Assembly: GCF_036971445.1 (NCBI RefSeq)
Contig: NC_091477.1
Coordinates: forward strand, 111,848,001-111,912,000
Direction: 5' to 3'
Length of the DNA stretch: 64,000 nt
Source: Narcine bancroftii
Taxonomy: Eukaryota
The notes under the pieces are model-generated. The model searched no databases, was not told where the DNA came from, and was given only the letters and a program-made list of their open reading frames with translations. The translations under genes and the position numbers were made by a program. How positions within the stretch are numbered: position 1 is the stretch's first letter; the number at the start of each line of letters is the position of its first letter. Shown here piece after piece: positions 1 to 13,575 of the stretch.

Positions 1-939
1 TTTGATAGTTTGCCCAATTTTGGTCTGTCCTTTCGCATTTAAATGGTGAATTGTCAGAAGCCAAACTGTGCCAACAATGAAGTTGAATTTTTCACCATCT
101 GTATCTTTTGTAGGCACATTGGGTGGAGAGAGATGTTGATCATTCAGACAAGAGGAATACATATTCATTGTTGTGTGCCAAATATTTTGAATGATCTATT
201 AGACAGATGTTCATCCAAATATAATTGTAACTGTCCAAGGACAGACCAAGGTTTCCCGGAATGACAGTAAGTTTAGCCAGACTAGAGTATATTCAATGTA
301 ACATGCTGAAACAGAATTTATTAACCTGACATATATGCACACAAAAGAAGAAATAAAATTCACAATAAATAGTCTGAGTTTAATAAGAGAATTCTACCAT
401 TTATTCAATCTTGTAAAATGCATTGGGAGATACCAAGATAATATTCAACTAGATGGTATTCATAAAGGAGAACAATTTATGGTGATTGTCATTTGATCGC
501 TAGCAGGCTCAGTGGTAATATGTCATGCAGTTGAGGCATAATGTTAATACTATAATCTGTGAGACGCCTACATCGACAGCTCAACTAAACAACTTTAACT
601 GCCTTAGTTGTCCCTGAACTGTTCTATCCATGATACTATTCTGTCATGATTCCCCACTAAAAGTGAAGAAGCATAACAGAATATGGCTCCTAGCATTTCC
701 TTCTGTCATTTCAAGACAGGATAACGTCAAGTTAAAAATTCATGTACTAACCTTATCCAAATAGCAACCATCATTTCCTTTCCTATTTTTATACTTTGCA
801 AAGCATGTTATATTAAACAGCTGAAAATTATTAAAGAATCTTCCTTTGCTATACTTTCACATTGTCATGTTCATTATATTTTCTACCATTTCCTACTGCC
901 TCAGAACAAGTGCAAACATTCAAAAGATAGGTCTTCAGA

Positions 940-1610
940 CTGGTCTCACCTCCAGATCTCAATCAGTGAAGAATGGTAAAAACTTCTCCTCCACAATCTC
1001 CATCAGTACCAGAGCACCACAGGGCTGTGTTCTTAGACCCCTACTCTACTCACTTTACACTTACGACTTTGTAGCTTGGTACAACAATAATACCATCTAC
1101 AAATTTGCTGGCGATACCATGGTAGGGGGTTGTATAAAGGAAGGGGATGAGTCAGCGTACAGGAGGGAGATTGAAAACTTGGCTGAATGGTGCACCAAGA
1201 ACACACTTGCACTCAATGTCACCAAAAGGAAGGAGCTGATTATTGACTTGAGGGAAGGAAATCCAGTCGTATACAATCCAGTGATCATTGGGGGGGGGGG
1301 GGGGGGGTGGGGGATCAGAGGTGGAGAGGGTGAGCAAATTTATGTTCTTGGGAGTCACTATGTCGGATGATCTTTCCTTGACCCAAAACACCAATGGCAT
1401 CGTGAATAAAGTACACCAGCTCCTCTACTTCTTCAGGAGTTTGCAGAGGTTTGGTATGACACCAGAAACCTTGGAAAATTTCTATAGAGGTGTGATAAAA
1501 AGTGTGCTGACTGGCTGTATCACAATCTGGTATGGAAACACCAAAACCCCTGAGCATAAAGCCTTCCAAAAGGTAGTAGACACAGCCCAGGACATTACAG
1601 GCAACGCCTT
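940..1610 (+). mobile_element. Rex1/Babar-like LINE reverse transcriptase fragment (frameshifted)
   Basis: ORFs 846-1370 and 1288-1641 give PQGCVLRPLLYSLYT, KFAGDT (degenerate FADD), DESAYRREIENLAEWC and LYFFRSLQRFGM. The frame changes at the poly-G tract near 1290-1313. Confidence 0.85.
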
Positions 1611-1621
1611 TACAGTGCCAG

Positions 1622-1692
1622 TAATTGGGTCCGGACTTTGAATCCCGTGGTGTCTGTAAGGAGTTTGCACGTTCTCCCCGTGGCTGCATGTG
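1622..1692 (+). mobile_element. tRNA-derived SINE fragment
   Basis: tttgaatcccg...gtctgtaaggagtttgcacgttctccccgtg is shared with the fuller SINE copies at 45502 and 49757. Confidence 0.7.
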
Positions 1693-2908
1693 CAGTGATC
1701 CTTTAAAGGAAATTTAGCAATTTCCCTTCATGTAAGGAATATCAGTGATATACATTGTCACTGAATTTTTTAATGACTCGTCACATTTAATAGCTATAAT
1801 CCCTGTCCATCGATTATTGATTAGGGAAGTGTCAGGACACAATTCTCCTGAAACCTCACAATTCAATTCCAATATTCTGACGATAAGCTAATAGAACCTG
1901 TGTTAAGTCAAATTGTTTGGACTCACTGTAAAACAATGAGGGGAAGATACACCAAAATACATTGGAGAAGGAAGCAAACAGGAGAAAGGCTCTTGCAGCA
2001 AGCAGCTTGTTTTCTCAGTACGGATATCTAGGACAACGATTTCGAGTTGTATTTTCAGTATTGTACAAGGAAATATTGATGACTGAGCACCATCAAAGCC
2101 AAACGATCTTGAGAGATTTATGGAAAATTTTCCACTCAGTGACATGCTGTGCTCACAGGCTGAAGATGTGGGAGAAAATCTTTTTAGTGCAAAATTTTCA
2201 AACAGCATTCACTCAGAAACATTAGGGAATGATATGGAATCATTAGCTGTGATGTATTGTTGCAGAAGGAGATGTTAAAGAATGCACCCGCCTTAATTTC
2301 CATTGTTTTATTCACACTTTGTTCTATCCAATTTTTTTTTGATTAACCTCTCTGTTGCCTGCTGTATCTGTTGACACAGTGGACTGGGAGTCATCCACGT
2401 AGGAAGAATGGGCCATTTAGCTGGAGCAAATGAAATCTGTTGATGCTAAAGTAAATTTGATTTTGATTAAGCATAACTAAAATGTTGTACAGCAAACTAT
2501 TCAAGAAAAATATTACCCAAGATATGTGACAGTTTTAGTAGCAGGGTCTCTCCTTTGATGTTGGTCACAGTGAGTGTGAAGGATGTTGATACCATGTCGA
2601 AGACTTTGTGTTTATCAGGACCTCTCAGTTAAGGTTAGATTCCATCTCCACTGTGAATTATTCTGAGATTTGCAGTCTGCATTGAAAGATTAAATTTAAA
2701 TTAAAATAACTTTTCTGTGAGAAATGTAAATAGGTGTCTTTTAAATTTTTGCAATATTTTAAATTTTTGTGAAGATCTCCATTTCTCTTACTATCAGTGG
2801 ATCACCCGTGGAATCCTAGATAAAGGCTGGAAAATAATGGAAAGATGTTTTCAGATCTCAGTGTTAATGGTGGATTTGAGTTTGACAACTGCTGAATGAT
2901 CCTGGGTT

Positions 2909-3545
2909 TTCAAGATTCAAGATTTCTTTATTGTCATGTAATAAAACAGGTTTAATATTACATGAAATTTGCTTCATAAGGCAGACGGATTCGCCATCGG
3001 CAGAAATTCCTGGGTGTGCCTCACAGTCAGAGAAAATTAAGCAAAAGAGTTACATTGTGTCTGCAGATTCATCTCCAACACTCCACAGCCACACAGACTC
3101 CAGTCCAAATGATCAGCAACCCAAGCTCCAGATCTGAAGTCTGCAGCCTGTCTGGGTTCCTTGCCGGAGTCTCCGACAGCCACTACCTGTGTGTACTTCA
3201 GCCGCAAAGCTCCTCACTAGTCCTCTGCCATGGGTCACCTCCACTGTTTCTCCTTCTCAAATAGGGGGCGGTCTTCCCTTTTTCTGGTGCCCTGTGCCAG
3301 TCCTCTGCTTCCCCGGAGTCTGCAACCCCCTCATAGGTGCCACCATCTTGGGCCCAGACCCCATGGTTGCAGGATTTTAAAATACAGTACCATAGGCTCC
3401 TTTAACAGGACCATTTAAAGCCTATATTGAGCCGTCAGTAGTAGGATTAGGCAGTAGAATCCTGAAGTGGAGCACTGTGTCTGCTCTCCTCGCTCTCCAG
3501 TGGTCCACATTAGCAGGCAGTGCTGCCATTGCAGCACCACCATTA
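2909..3545 (-). mobile_element. Non-autonomous retroelement family X, copy A
   Basis: Shares the blocks aaaatcctgcaacc, cccaagatggtg and tttaaatggycctgttaaagga, and an AATAAA-TTGAA tail, with copies at 19540, 40283, 43630 and 47590. Confidence 0.8.
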
Positions 3546-5043
3546 TTTTTATATTACATGAGAGAGAGGTGTATTGCTCTCAACCCAAGAGGTGAGAGGA
3601 TTTGAGCTGATTCTGCATTATTTTGGCGTGAGAGGTGAAGGATGCCAAGTTGAGTTTCTGGAGCTTCCCCAGATGGGAATTATCAGGACGAGTGGGATTC
3701 ATAGGATTGCTCATGAATAAGTATTGAAGGCAGAACGTGAACACAGTTGGAGAAAGCTGTAACGGTTGATGTTTTCTGCATATTAATCATGACTCTGCAC
3801 AGACAAACCTAACACTGATTTGTCACAACTTTTCCAGTCTGTTGAGCCCCTCAAAAGTTCCTGAGGAAATCTAAAGTTTTAATTATGCAGATGGTTCAAA
3901 TCTGCTTCTTGACCTTTTACCTCCAGCATTGAGCTATAATTTCTAGGCGTTAATTTGCAGGAATTCAACATCTGGCCCTATAGACGAGAACCAGCTGAGG
4001 GGCACTGTTTTGTCATTGGCACCCAGCAATTTTAACTCCGTGATAATGGTGCTCATTTAATTGATGTAAGGTTGGGAAAAACAACACCTCCTTTCAAAAG
4101 GAAAACCCAACCGTTTCACTCAAATAAATAACAAGTACACAAATCTGGGAAAGCAGTTTAATAAAATGAAGATATGTCCATCATGTGTTTAAAATAGTGC
4201 TGCATGTCTAGCCTGCAATGCCTGAGAGTGTTTATTCCTTTCTGATCCTGCAGACACTAAGCCCTGATTGCAAAGGTTCTACTCCAGTCTTTTGTAAGAA
4301 ACTATGCACAGATTATTATCTTCAGAAGGCTGCAGGCTAACTCAGGACTAAGCCTTGTCTTTATTCAAGTTATTTTGATGGGGCAGCTCATCGATTCCCT
4401 ACAGATTCTGGATTGAGTATACAGGTCATATATGTATGTAAGGGAACCAGCACTTGCTTTAGATTATTATCAGGAATGCCAGAAAGAAATTCTGAATCAA
4501 TATTGGTTTGAACAACATCCTGGCATACTTACCAATCCCTTTGACCAAGGAATTTTGCACATCACCAAATCTAGATAAAGGAATGGGAAAACTTTAGCTG
4601 CTGAATTCAGTTTGACTAGCTGCTCTGCTCTAAGAAGCACATTTTTAAAAATCTCTGATGTGTCAGGAATTTTCAGTTAAAATTGAAGTTGGTACTTTTG
4701 AGCAATATAACAATGTTTTATATTCTAGAATGGCATTTCAGTGCAGAAGTAAAAGGTTATTGGATTGTTGGCAATGATCAGATGTTAGAATAGTCTTTTG
4801 ACTTTATCTGAACAATAGAAAACAAATCTTGAAAGATCCATGGCCAAACACTTTTTGTCAATCAGTACACCCAATTCCTTAAACTAATCTCTACTTTCTG
4901 CCCTTTGTGTAATGTTGTTCTTGCTCGATCACGCAGTATTTCTGTACATGTGAACGAGTGAATAAATGAAAGAACAAATTTTATTGCCACTTAAGAACAA
5001 ACACAATGGAAGTCTTATTTGCTGCATAGAACAAATAACAACA

Positions 5044-5418
5044 GGTTCAAGTTCAAATTTATTGTCACATGCACCAGCGTCAGAGATCAGGACCTGGATT
5101 CAAATGCAGTGCTGTCTGCATGGGCTTCTTTTGGGTGCTCCATTTTCCTTCCAACCTTCAAAACATACTGGGGGATTGTAGATAATTTGTCATTGGGTGG
5201 TACGGGCTCGTGGGCCAAAACGGCCTGTTACCGTGCGTTATGTTTCTTGGTGTGTTAGGCAGAGGTGCTCCAGTCCTTGATAGGATGCTTTCAATGGCAC
5301 ACCTGTAAAAATTGTTAGGGGATTTTGATGATCTGCCAAAGGTCCTCGGGCTCCTCAGGAAGTAGAGACACTGGTGTGCTTTCTTGGCCATTGTGAGGAT
5401 GTGGGTGTACCAGGACAA
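5044..5418 (-). mobile_element. Rex1-like LINE 3' fragment interrupted by a + strand SINE (about 5075-5250)
   Basis: The minus ORF gives KKAHQCLYFLRS...NNFYRCAIESILS. The reverse tail aataaatttgaacttgaac lies at 5044-5065, with SINE body and tail between. Confidence 0.7.
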
Positions 5419-7489
5419 ATCTCACATGAAGAAGATTGATCTGGCAATTTTACTGGAATATTGTCATTAAATATTTTCCTCTATTACAATGATAACAACA
5501 TTTCTAAAGTAGCTTGTTAGGTGTGAAGTTGTAAGGTCCAGCCTTCTTTCACAGATGATGCTGTATCTGTGCCAACTCTCTGCATGAATGGCCCATGGCC
5601 AGTGATGGAAAATCCCTACAGAGACAGCCTCTGTTTTTAAAAAATTTACCTAGCAGATTCAAGGTTTATTTCCTGGTGTTAACAGACCTCCCATTAGTAC
5701 AAGATAATGCCTTGCACTGTTTAAATATACCTTCTTTTTAATACACTTATATTGCATGTGACAACATGTGCAATCTTCTAAGTTATGCTTTTATTCTTGC
5801 ACTACCATCTATGTGATTTACCTGGATAACATGCAGGTTTTTCCACAGTATCTTGGTGCACGTGACCATCCACGCATGTCTGGATGCCACCATACATTGG
5901 CATGTTAGAAGCAGAGGAAAATTTTGAGTCCCTGCTTCTCACAGAATTTGCCAATACTGTACGTCAAAAACGTGCCACTGAACAAGCTCACCTTGTTACT
6001 TGATTGGAAAATGTATTTTGTAAATTTCTATAATAATTTGAATTTAAATTGTATTCTTTAACAGAAAATGTTACCAAGATACAAAATACTGACTGTAAAT
6101 ATATTTTTTAATTAATTTGCATTTTCCACTGCAATTTATTCCAATCAAGCACAGTGTTTAATAGCTGCATCTGCCACTGGTGCCCAGTAGCCTATCTAGA
6201 TAAATTCCGTACATTGACAAGACAGATATTTGAAATGTTTATAATGGATCCCCATGGACATTATAAAATCTGGGCCCAATTTTTTAATAATTTAGACAAA
6301 AATCCATTTCTAACTCACCAGCTGCAGTAGGGTAATCCTTCAATGTCAGAACTTGTAAATACATGAGAAAAAGAGCAATGGAAGCGGTCATTAGTAATTA
6401 GACTTTACTTCTCACTTTAATGATTTAAAGGAGCAAATTGCAGCTGAATCCCAGTTTTGAATTTCTACCCAGAAAAAGAACCAATATTTACTTATTTATT
6501 TGATTCCAATAAGTTCACAACCAATATCTTTTGGAATTGGAATATAAGCAAACATGAAGATAAAGGCATCACAGAGAAATAGCTGGAAGTTCTTTTTAAA
6601 TTGTGAGATTAGCTGAGTGATAAATGTTTCTCTGTGAATGAAGTGGTGGATATTGTGTGCCTTCCAGTTCTGTTGAAGACTGTACACAGCAGAAGTCTTT
6701 ATGAAGCAACATTGCTTCTGAAGTCTTTCTTAAGGAAGGAACAGATATGTAAGATCAGCCAAATTGGCTGATTTGTAAATTTCTAGTATGCCCATAGACA
6801 CAACATGGGTAGTATGGTTAGCTCATGGGCTGACAAGGCCTGCTACCGTGCTATGTCTAATTTTTTTTTTAAAAACCCTCATTAGATAGCCCCGATGTTT
6901 AAAACTACAAAGGTTGGCTAGCTAAGAAAACCCTATTTCGGAATTGGTAAACTAATTAGATTTAAGGAAATGAAGTTTAGGGAGGTATGGGGATGTATTA
7001 CAGTTTTGAAGTGGTTTTAAAAATGTAGTGGTTAAACTCACTTCCAGAGATGTAGTATAATGAGAATTAAAAATGTCCTTGTCTAACTAACCAGCCATTA
7101 ACTATTCATAAAGCAACCTTGTTAGTTCATGTTCATTACGACAATCACAGAAACAGTAATTTAGGAATACAAGTGCCAAAAAGTGGTCAAATTATTCTAT
7201 TATCACAGTAGATGCAAACTGTTCTGAATACAGAGCTAAATTTGTCTGATGACAATGTTTTAGCAGCTGTAAAAGAAAATAACTTGCTGCATAACTTCCT
7301 GCGTCCACAGCTAATGCGTTAAATCCTTTAATAAGCTTGTGCAGTGTTCAAGCAGATTAAACCATTTTTAAATTTAACAAAATTGTTTGTCTCAGTTATC
7401 TAGATGGCTTGGTAACTGGATGACTTCATAAGACACCAACATCACAAATTCTAGATTAACTTGCCAACACATGAGACTCAACTCCACAG

Positions 7490-7742
7490 TTAAGTATCAT
7501 GGTTAACACATGCTATCACAGCTCAGTGACCAGGGTTTGCATCTGGCACTGCCTGTAAGGAGTTTGTACTTTCTTCAAGTTTCTGCATGCATTTCCTCTG
7601 GGTGCTCCTGTTACCTCCTTCATCCCAAAAAACATACGGGGTTAGTAGGTTAATTGGTCACCTGGATGTCTTTGGGCGGCCTGGGCTCTTGGGTCGGAAG
7701 GGTCAGTTACTGTGCTGCATCTCAAAATTATTTTTTTTAATT
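7490..7742 (+). mobile_element. tRNA-derived SINE
   Basis: ctgtaaggagtttgtac core, ggttaattgg and a diverged gttactgtgctg tail. Confidence 0.7.
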
Positions 7743-8159
7743 TATCTTGGTCACAAGGGGCGACATTGAAATCAAATATAAACATCTGTGTCGTGTAACA
7801 GCAGTAATTTTTAAGCTTATCTGCGTGTTCTCTAATGCTTATTTACCAACCAGTCTGCAAAGAGGTTAAAGGTTCTCGAGCTAAACCCAGGGAAGATTTT
7901 AAGAATAGTCTTTGGCGAAGCAATGCCTTCAAGAGGAGCGAGTGAAAATAGACCAGATCAAGAGTACTGCTGCCTGGTTAATGGAGCAAATAATATAAAA
8001 TGACCTTTAAAGTAGTTTTTCAAAAGCTCCAATAGTTATTGTGAGTGAAAGCTTCAGCCAGGTGATAATGCCTCCAGTGTCAGGGCTGGAATTGCACTTC
8101 ATTGACCGTGAGGCTCTTAGGGATGTTCTGAAGAGTGGAAAAATTATAAATTTAGACTT

Positions 8160-8364
8160 TGTGGTGGAACACTGTAATACATGCCCCCGATCCTGTAGCT
8201 CCTCCCCCCTCAGGATTCCTAATAAAGGCGGTACTGCCCAATCCCCTTCCTCAGTGACTGCCTTGGCATCAGCCACAGCATGTAAGATATGACTGTAAGT
8301 TTATAGCGATTAAAGCCTGTTAATTTTGACTTCTGGTCTGTCGGGTCTAATTGTTAGTGTATCA
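8160..8364 (+). mobile_element. Probable solo LTR inserted in the tail of a SINE
   Basis: TG...CA ends and an attaaagcctgtt poly(A)-like motif. It splits the SINE tail tttaga/atacgcagcac. The TSD is poor. Confidence 0.5.
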
Positions 8365-8592
8365 GATACGCAGCACAGTTACAGGCCCATGAGCCCGTAC
8401 CATCCAATTACACTCGACTAACCTACAACTACCCCCCCCCCCAACATTTTTTTTAAAAGGTGGGAAGAATCAGGAGCACTTGGAGGAAACCCATAAACCC
8501 ATGCAGATGTGGGGAGAATATAAAAACTCCTTATAGATAGCGACGGATTTGAACCAGAGTCACTGGCGCTGTAACAGCGTTACACTAACCGT
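8365..8592 (-). mobile_element. tRNA-derived SINE
   Basis: Reverse complement of the SINE core and tail (aaactccttatagatagcg...ggatttgaacc...ggcgctgtaacagcgtt). Confidence 0.75.
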
Positions 8593-9042
8593 GATATTTT
8601 TTCCATCCTTTATGAAGGGCAAGGGCTTTGATTAACTTTTTTTTTCCTCCCTTTCTTTAACTCTGCACTGTTGATTATGTTCCTCTATACTTTTGACTGC
8701 ACTCCTGGCCTAGTTTATACATCACCAATTAGTTGTAAATGGCGACTGGAGACCTTGCATTGGCAGGGGAGAGAAGGATGCTCCAAGATGAGCTTTCACT
8801 TTCTTTAATAGGAAAGTTACAGACAATATGGGTAACCAATGGGGGCTCTCTTCCTACCTTGAAGGACATCATCAATAGAGAGGGGAGGGGAAGATGCTTC
8901 TGGAGGTGGGATCATATTGTAGGTGGTGGAAATTGCAGAGAAGAATAATATTGGATGTGCAGGTGGGATGGTAAGTGAGGAGTCTTGGGGTGGAGGGGGC
9001 CAGGTCAGCTGTGCAGGAAATAGAGGAAATGTGGGAAAGGGG

Positions 9043-9293
9043 TGTGGTACACTAAGGTAGCAGTAAACAAGCACAAAACTCAAAAGACTGTACAACCTGG
9101 CTTTATTCAGATTAAAGTCTGAACACCAGTTCATGCATTGGTGGCTCCCGTGTGATTGGCTCAGGAGGGGCCGGCTCAGGTCTATGTTCGGGTCGGCTGA
9201 TTGACAGCCGGCCAAGTGGAGTCAGCCCTTAGGTGGTCTTCCTGCAGGTACAGAGATCGCCCCCTGCAGTAGGCTGGTGGTCATACCACCACA
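9043..9293 (-). mobile_element. Solo LTR (Gypsy-like)
   Basis: TGTGGT...ACCACA ends, TSD agggg/aggtg, minus-strand AATAAA. Homologous to 11056-11290. Confidence 0.8.
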
Positions 9294-10316
9294 AGGTGTG
9301 GCAGTAGGGAGAAGCCACATTTTTTTTGGAAAGTTCTTCTGAAAAGTGAAAAAAGAAACTTGCTTGAAGTAATGATGGAGTCTCTTGAACCAAACATTTA
9401 TCAGATAAGATAGTACTATGCACCAAAAGGAAATTGCAGGTGATATATCTTAGGTTCATTGTCAATGACAAATGGTAAAATATTTTGGAAGGTGAATTTG
9501 CAAAGCTTTGCTTCAAAAAAACCCAAAACCTGTAAAGACTGATTAACTCAAGTGAGATTTCCTGAAATATTTCTCCACAACTATTTAATTGGAAGCATTC
9601 CTATGAGATTAGAAATTAATTAATTGGGACGTAAAAGACAGAGCAGAGCCATCTTCTGTGATTCATGGGAGATACCTAATAAACCAAATGTGAGATATTT
9701 TGTACAACTGGCAGCCTAAACCCTGCACATTTAATTCTGACAAACAATGGAGAAATTTTTCTGTGTTCTCATTACAGTTTGCGACGGTTCACACTCAAGT
9801 TACTGAGTTATTTCTAAATATTTTAGCCACCTTATTCTGAAAAATTAAACAACAAAAGATAATATTAGATTGTATGAATTTGTTGCACCAATATATTGAT
9901 TGAACTACAAAAGTTTCAGGGTCCACAATTCTCTTTACAAACTAAATCAAGTTGCTTAATTCTCTCAGGTTACAATACAATAGATGGCACCTGCTAATGC
10001 CACGAAAGCCAAAGCTTTTGACAGTTTTCTTGTTCAATAAATTCGGAGGAAGTTCCCTCATTAGTTACCAATGGGAGCTGAAATTTCCTTGCCAATTGCT
10101 TTCTCTCTGAAAGTATATCTTCATCCAAAATGCACAACATTTATTTATTCAGTTAAGTAGAATTTCTACTGAAGCTGGCTGGAGTAGAGGGAGAAACCCC
10201 AAGGAAATTCACCCTCACCATGTCTCTAACTACCTTAGTCTCAGTATGAATCCTCGCATCATACATATTTTCTTGTTGTGAGCCGCTAACGTGCTTGGTT
10301 CTGATTTATACTGCAG

Positions 10317-10541
10317 GTTTTACAGGCTCCCGGTGTGAAGAGAAGATGGACCCTTGTGCCTTGTCACCTTGCCAGAACAATGGGACCTGCTTTGCAGAAG
10401 GCACATCATATAGTTGTAACTGCAGTCCAGCCTACACTGGGCCAGTTTGTGCTCAGCTGATTGACTTCTGTGCCCTTAATCCCTGCTCCCATGGCCTGTG
10501 CCGCAGTGTTGGTACCAGTTACAAATGCCTCTGTATCCCAG
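10317..10541 (+). CDS. DNER: DNER coding exon (225 nt, two EGF repeats)
   Basis: ctgcag acceptor and gtatgg donor, phase 1-1. Translates GFTGSRCEEKMDPCALSPCQNNGTC...CAQLIDFCALNPCSHGLCRSVGTSYKCLCIPG. Confidence 0.96.
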
Positions 10542-11055
10542 GTATGGTGCATGCTCTACAAACATATTTGATTTTTTGCCTTCAGTAAGAAGATAGCACA
10601 GGGCCAGTAAATATTTCTATGTATGGAGTATATTTCCTTCAAGAGTGGCACAGGAGGTTAAAAGGCAGCAGGCATGTTCACACTGTAGATATGTCAGTAT
10701 AGTGCAATCTGCGGTCATTGTCCTAGAGATGGGCATTAACAAGGTGCAAAAGCAAATCACAGTTCATCTTTCAATCATGCAAAAAAAGTTGAATTGTAAA
10801 GCCAGCTATGAGCCAAGCATTAGGTCAGAATACACATTATGCACAGCATCACCCTAATCTGACAGTCCCTAGAGATTTGTTCTCAAGGACAGTTCATTGG
10901 GAGACAATCATTTTTAATTGAGAGATTCAACATGATAACAGGCTGTTCTGGCCTACAAGCCTGAGCCACCCAAAAACACCCATGTGAGCAATTAACCTAA
11001 TAGTCCCATACATCTTTGGAATGCGAGAGGAAACCAGAGCATCTGGACACAGGGG

Positions 11056-11290
11056 TGTGGTGATACACCACTAGCCTACTGCAGGGGGCAATCTCTGTAC
11101 CTGCAGGAGGACAGACTACACCTGGGCGGCTGTCAATCACCCGACCGGGATGTAGAGAGCCAGCCTCTACTGAGCAGTCACTTGGGAGCCACCATCACAG
11201 CCACTAATGTCGCAGAGACTTTTAGCCAAATAAAGCCTGTTGTACAGTCTTCAGGTTTGTGTCTGCGTACTGCTACTGCAGTTCATCACA
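11056..11290 (+). mobile_element. Solo LTR nested in a minus-strand SINE (about 10910-11360)
   Basis: TG...CA ends, perfect 5-bp TSD agggg (11051-55 and 11291-95), aataaagcctg. SINE sequence resumes on both sides. Confidence 0.85.
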
Positions 11291-12109
11291 AGGGGAACAT
11301 ATAAAGTCTTTACAGAGCAGAGCAGAATTGAGCCTAGCTCTGCTATACTAACCATGCTGCAAAAATTCTTGAGAAATTCTTCTCCAAATTCATGGATAAT
11401 GAAATGAATGCTAGAGAACAAAGGGAGTGCAAGGCTTAAGCCCCTATGATCCATATATAATGTAATCTAGCTTTTACTTATGTCGCAGAAATGAAATTTA
11501 AGAATTGATTGAATGACAGTCAGCATGCACCATCATCCCAACAGCCCTATGCACACAGCCTCCTTTCATACTCTCATGAACATATCTTATTACCTATATC
11601 CATAAAATTAAGCTGTTCGCAATGTTCAGGCAGTGAACAACGCTAATCTTATGGCCCAATAGTAGGCCAACAATCTCCACTAATATTTCACCATTAGTTC
11701 AAGATTGTTTAACAAGCCATAATGCAGGGTGGGTTTTAGAAACCTATTTCACCATAGATTTCATCCTGAATGAAAATTCTAACCGAAATGGGTCATGAAA
11801 CTAGAACGAGGACACTTTCCTAAATAAAACTGTCTCCCTGTAAGTGAATCAACTGCATCCCAAACTGCATTTATGCACAAGTAATTGAAAAGATAAGCTT
11901 TAGCTTGTTAAACCCATGGTGTTCATTTCAAACTTATGAAAAATGCTGGGATTTATTTGAGGAGGTATGGTGCATAATTCCAAAGCAATAATTTGTGAAT
12001 AAAATATTGACAAAATTGCATTTTTTGGGCTAGGAATCATTGATCCAAAGACATGAGTTCAAATTTCATCATGAGAGCTGAGGAATTTAAATTGTTTTAC
12101 TAACATTGA

Positions 12110-13050
12110 GCCACAGAGCCACAGAATGAAATAGTCCCTTTGGTTCAACTCCTCTATGCCATCCAAATTGTCACCCTAGGCTAGTTACGTTTGCCTGCAT
12201 TTGGCCCATATCTCCAAATCTTCTCTGTCTATGTACCTGTCTGAATGTATTTTTTAATATTGTAACTACCCCCACCTCTATTACTTCCTCTAAAAACTGT
12301 TCACTATGTTACCCACCTAATATGTCACCTTTAAATCTTTCTCCTTTCACCTATAACCTCTCATTTTAGATTTTCCGAGATTAGGAAAAAGGCTACAACC
12401 ATTCATCATGATTTTGTAGACCTCTATAAAGTCATTACTCCTCTCATCGTCTCCTCTCCAGGGTAAAGACCTCCAGCATATCCAGCCTCTCCTTGTAACT
12501 CGAGCAATTCAAGGCCAGCAACATCCTTGTGAACCTTTCCTGCACCATTTCCATGTTAATAAAATCCTTCCTGTAGCTAGGCAAACAGTCGAATTCACAA
12601 TACTCCAAGTGCAGTCCCATCGATGTTTTGTAGAGCTGTAACACAATGTCTCAACTCATACATTTAATGCCCTGACGGATGAAGGCAAGCATCCCAAACA
12701 CTTTCCTGTCTACCTTTGTACCACTTTCACGGAATGAGATACTTCTAACCCTTGGTTTCTCTGTTATACAACACCCTTCAGGGCCCATGCCATTTACTGT
12801 ACATGTCCTACCCTGGTTTAACTTCCCAGAATGTAACACTTAGCATTTATCCGAGTTAAATTCCATCTGCCATTCCTTGGCCTATTTTCCCAGGTGATCC
12901 AGATTCTGCTGAAACTTTAGTTGACTTTCTTCAATGTCCACTGTGCACTAATTTTAGAATTACCTGCAGACTTACAAATTATGCCCCCCGCCCCGCCACA
13001 TTGTCATCCAAATTGTTAATGTAAATGACAAAGAAGAGAGAACAAGTATG
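12110..13050 (-). mobile_element. CR1 LINE 3' fragment
   Basis: The minus ORFs give LQLYKTSMGLHLEYC, VQERFTRML and YKERLDML, typical of the CR1 ORF2 C-terminus, followed by 3' UTR. Confidence 0.85.
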
Positions 13051-13452
13051 GACCCCTATATCATGAGATTACCAGATAGACTTTAAAAATCCATCTGATC
13101 CACCAAATCTGTGATCCTGGCCAACTTGTAACTCCAAACCCATCCAACATGTTTTACTCCCAACTGGCTCCTCAATTCAATAGCTATTGCAGATGGACAA
13201 TAAGTGCACCCTCTCAAGTGAATCCATGAAAGATTGGACAATAAATAAGATTGGGTAACTACAATTCAGCTCCGAAACAGCAAACTTCCACAGTTCATAA
13301 TTGCCCACCACATTTAATATTTATCACTGACTGATCCATACATTGTTGAGGAGAGTTTGACAATCTCTCTTTCTGCTTGAATTCGCCATTGTTTGTGGTT
13401 TGGAGAATCAGTCTACAGAATGATTTCAGTATAAAGATTTAATTCTCCACAG

Positions 13453-13575
13453 GTTACCATGGTCTGTATTGTGAGGAGGAATATAATGAATGCCTTTCAG
13501 CACCTTGCCAGAACTCAGGCACCTGCCAAGACCTGGTAAATGGGTACGAATGCCTGTGTCCTGTTGAGTACGAAG
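13453..13575 (+). CDS. DNER: DNER coding exon (123 nt, EGF repeat)
   Basis: ccacag acceptor and gtaggt donor. Translates [42 protein letters not shown]. Not in the ORF track. Confidence 0.96.

Noticed and set aside
1-10316. Further upstream DNER exons
   Set aside because: I found no EGF-like Cys pattern bounded by splice sites, so earlier exons probably lie before the window.
10295-10588. EGF-repeat ORF as Notch, Delta or Crumbs
   Set aside because: The downstream exons, transmembrane segment and tail identify DNER. The ORF ends are intronic.
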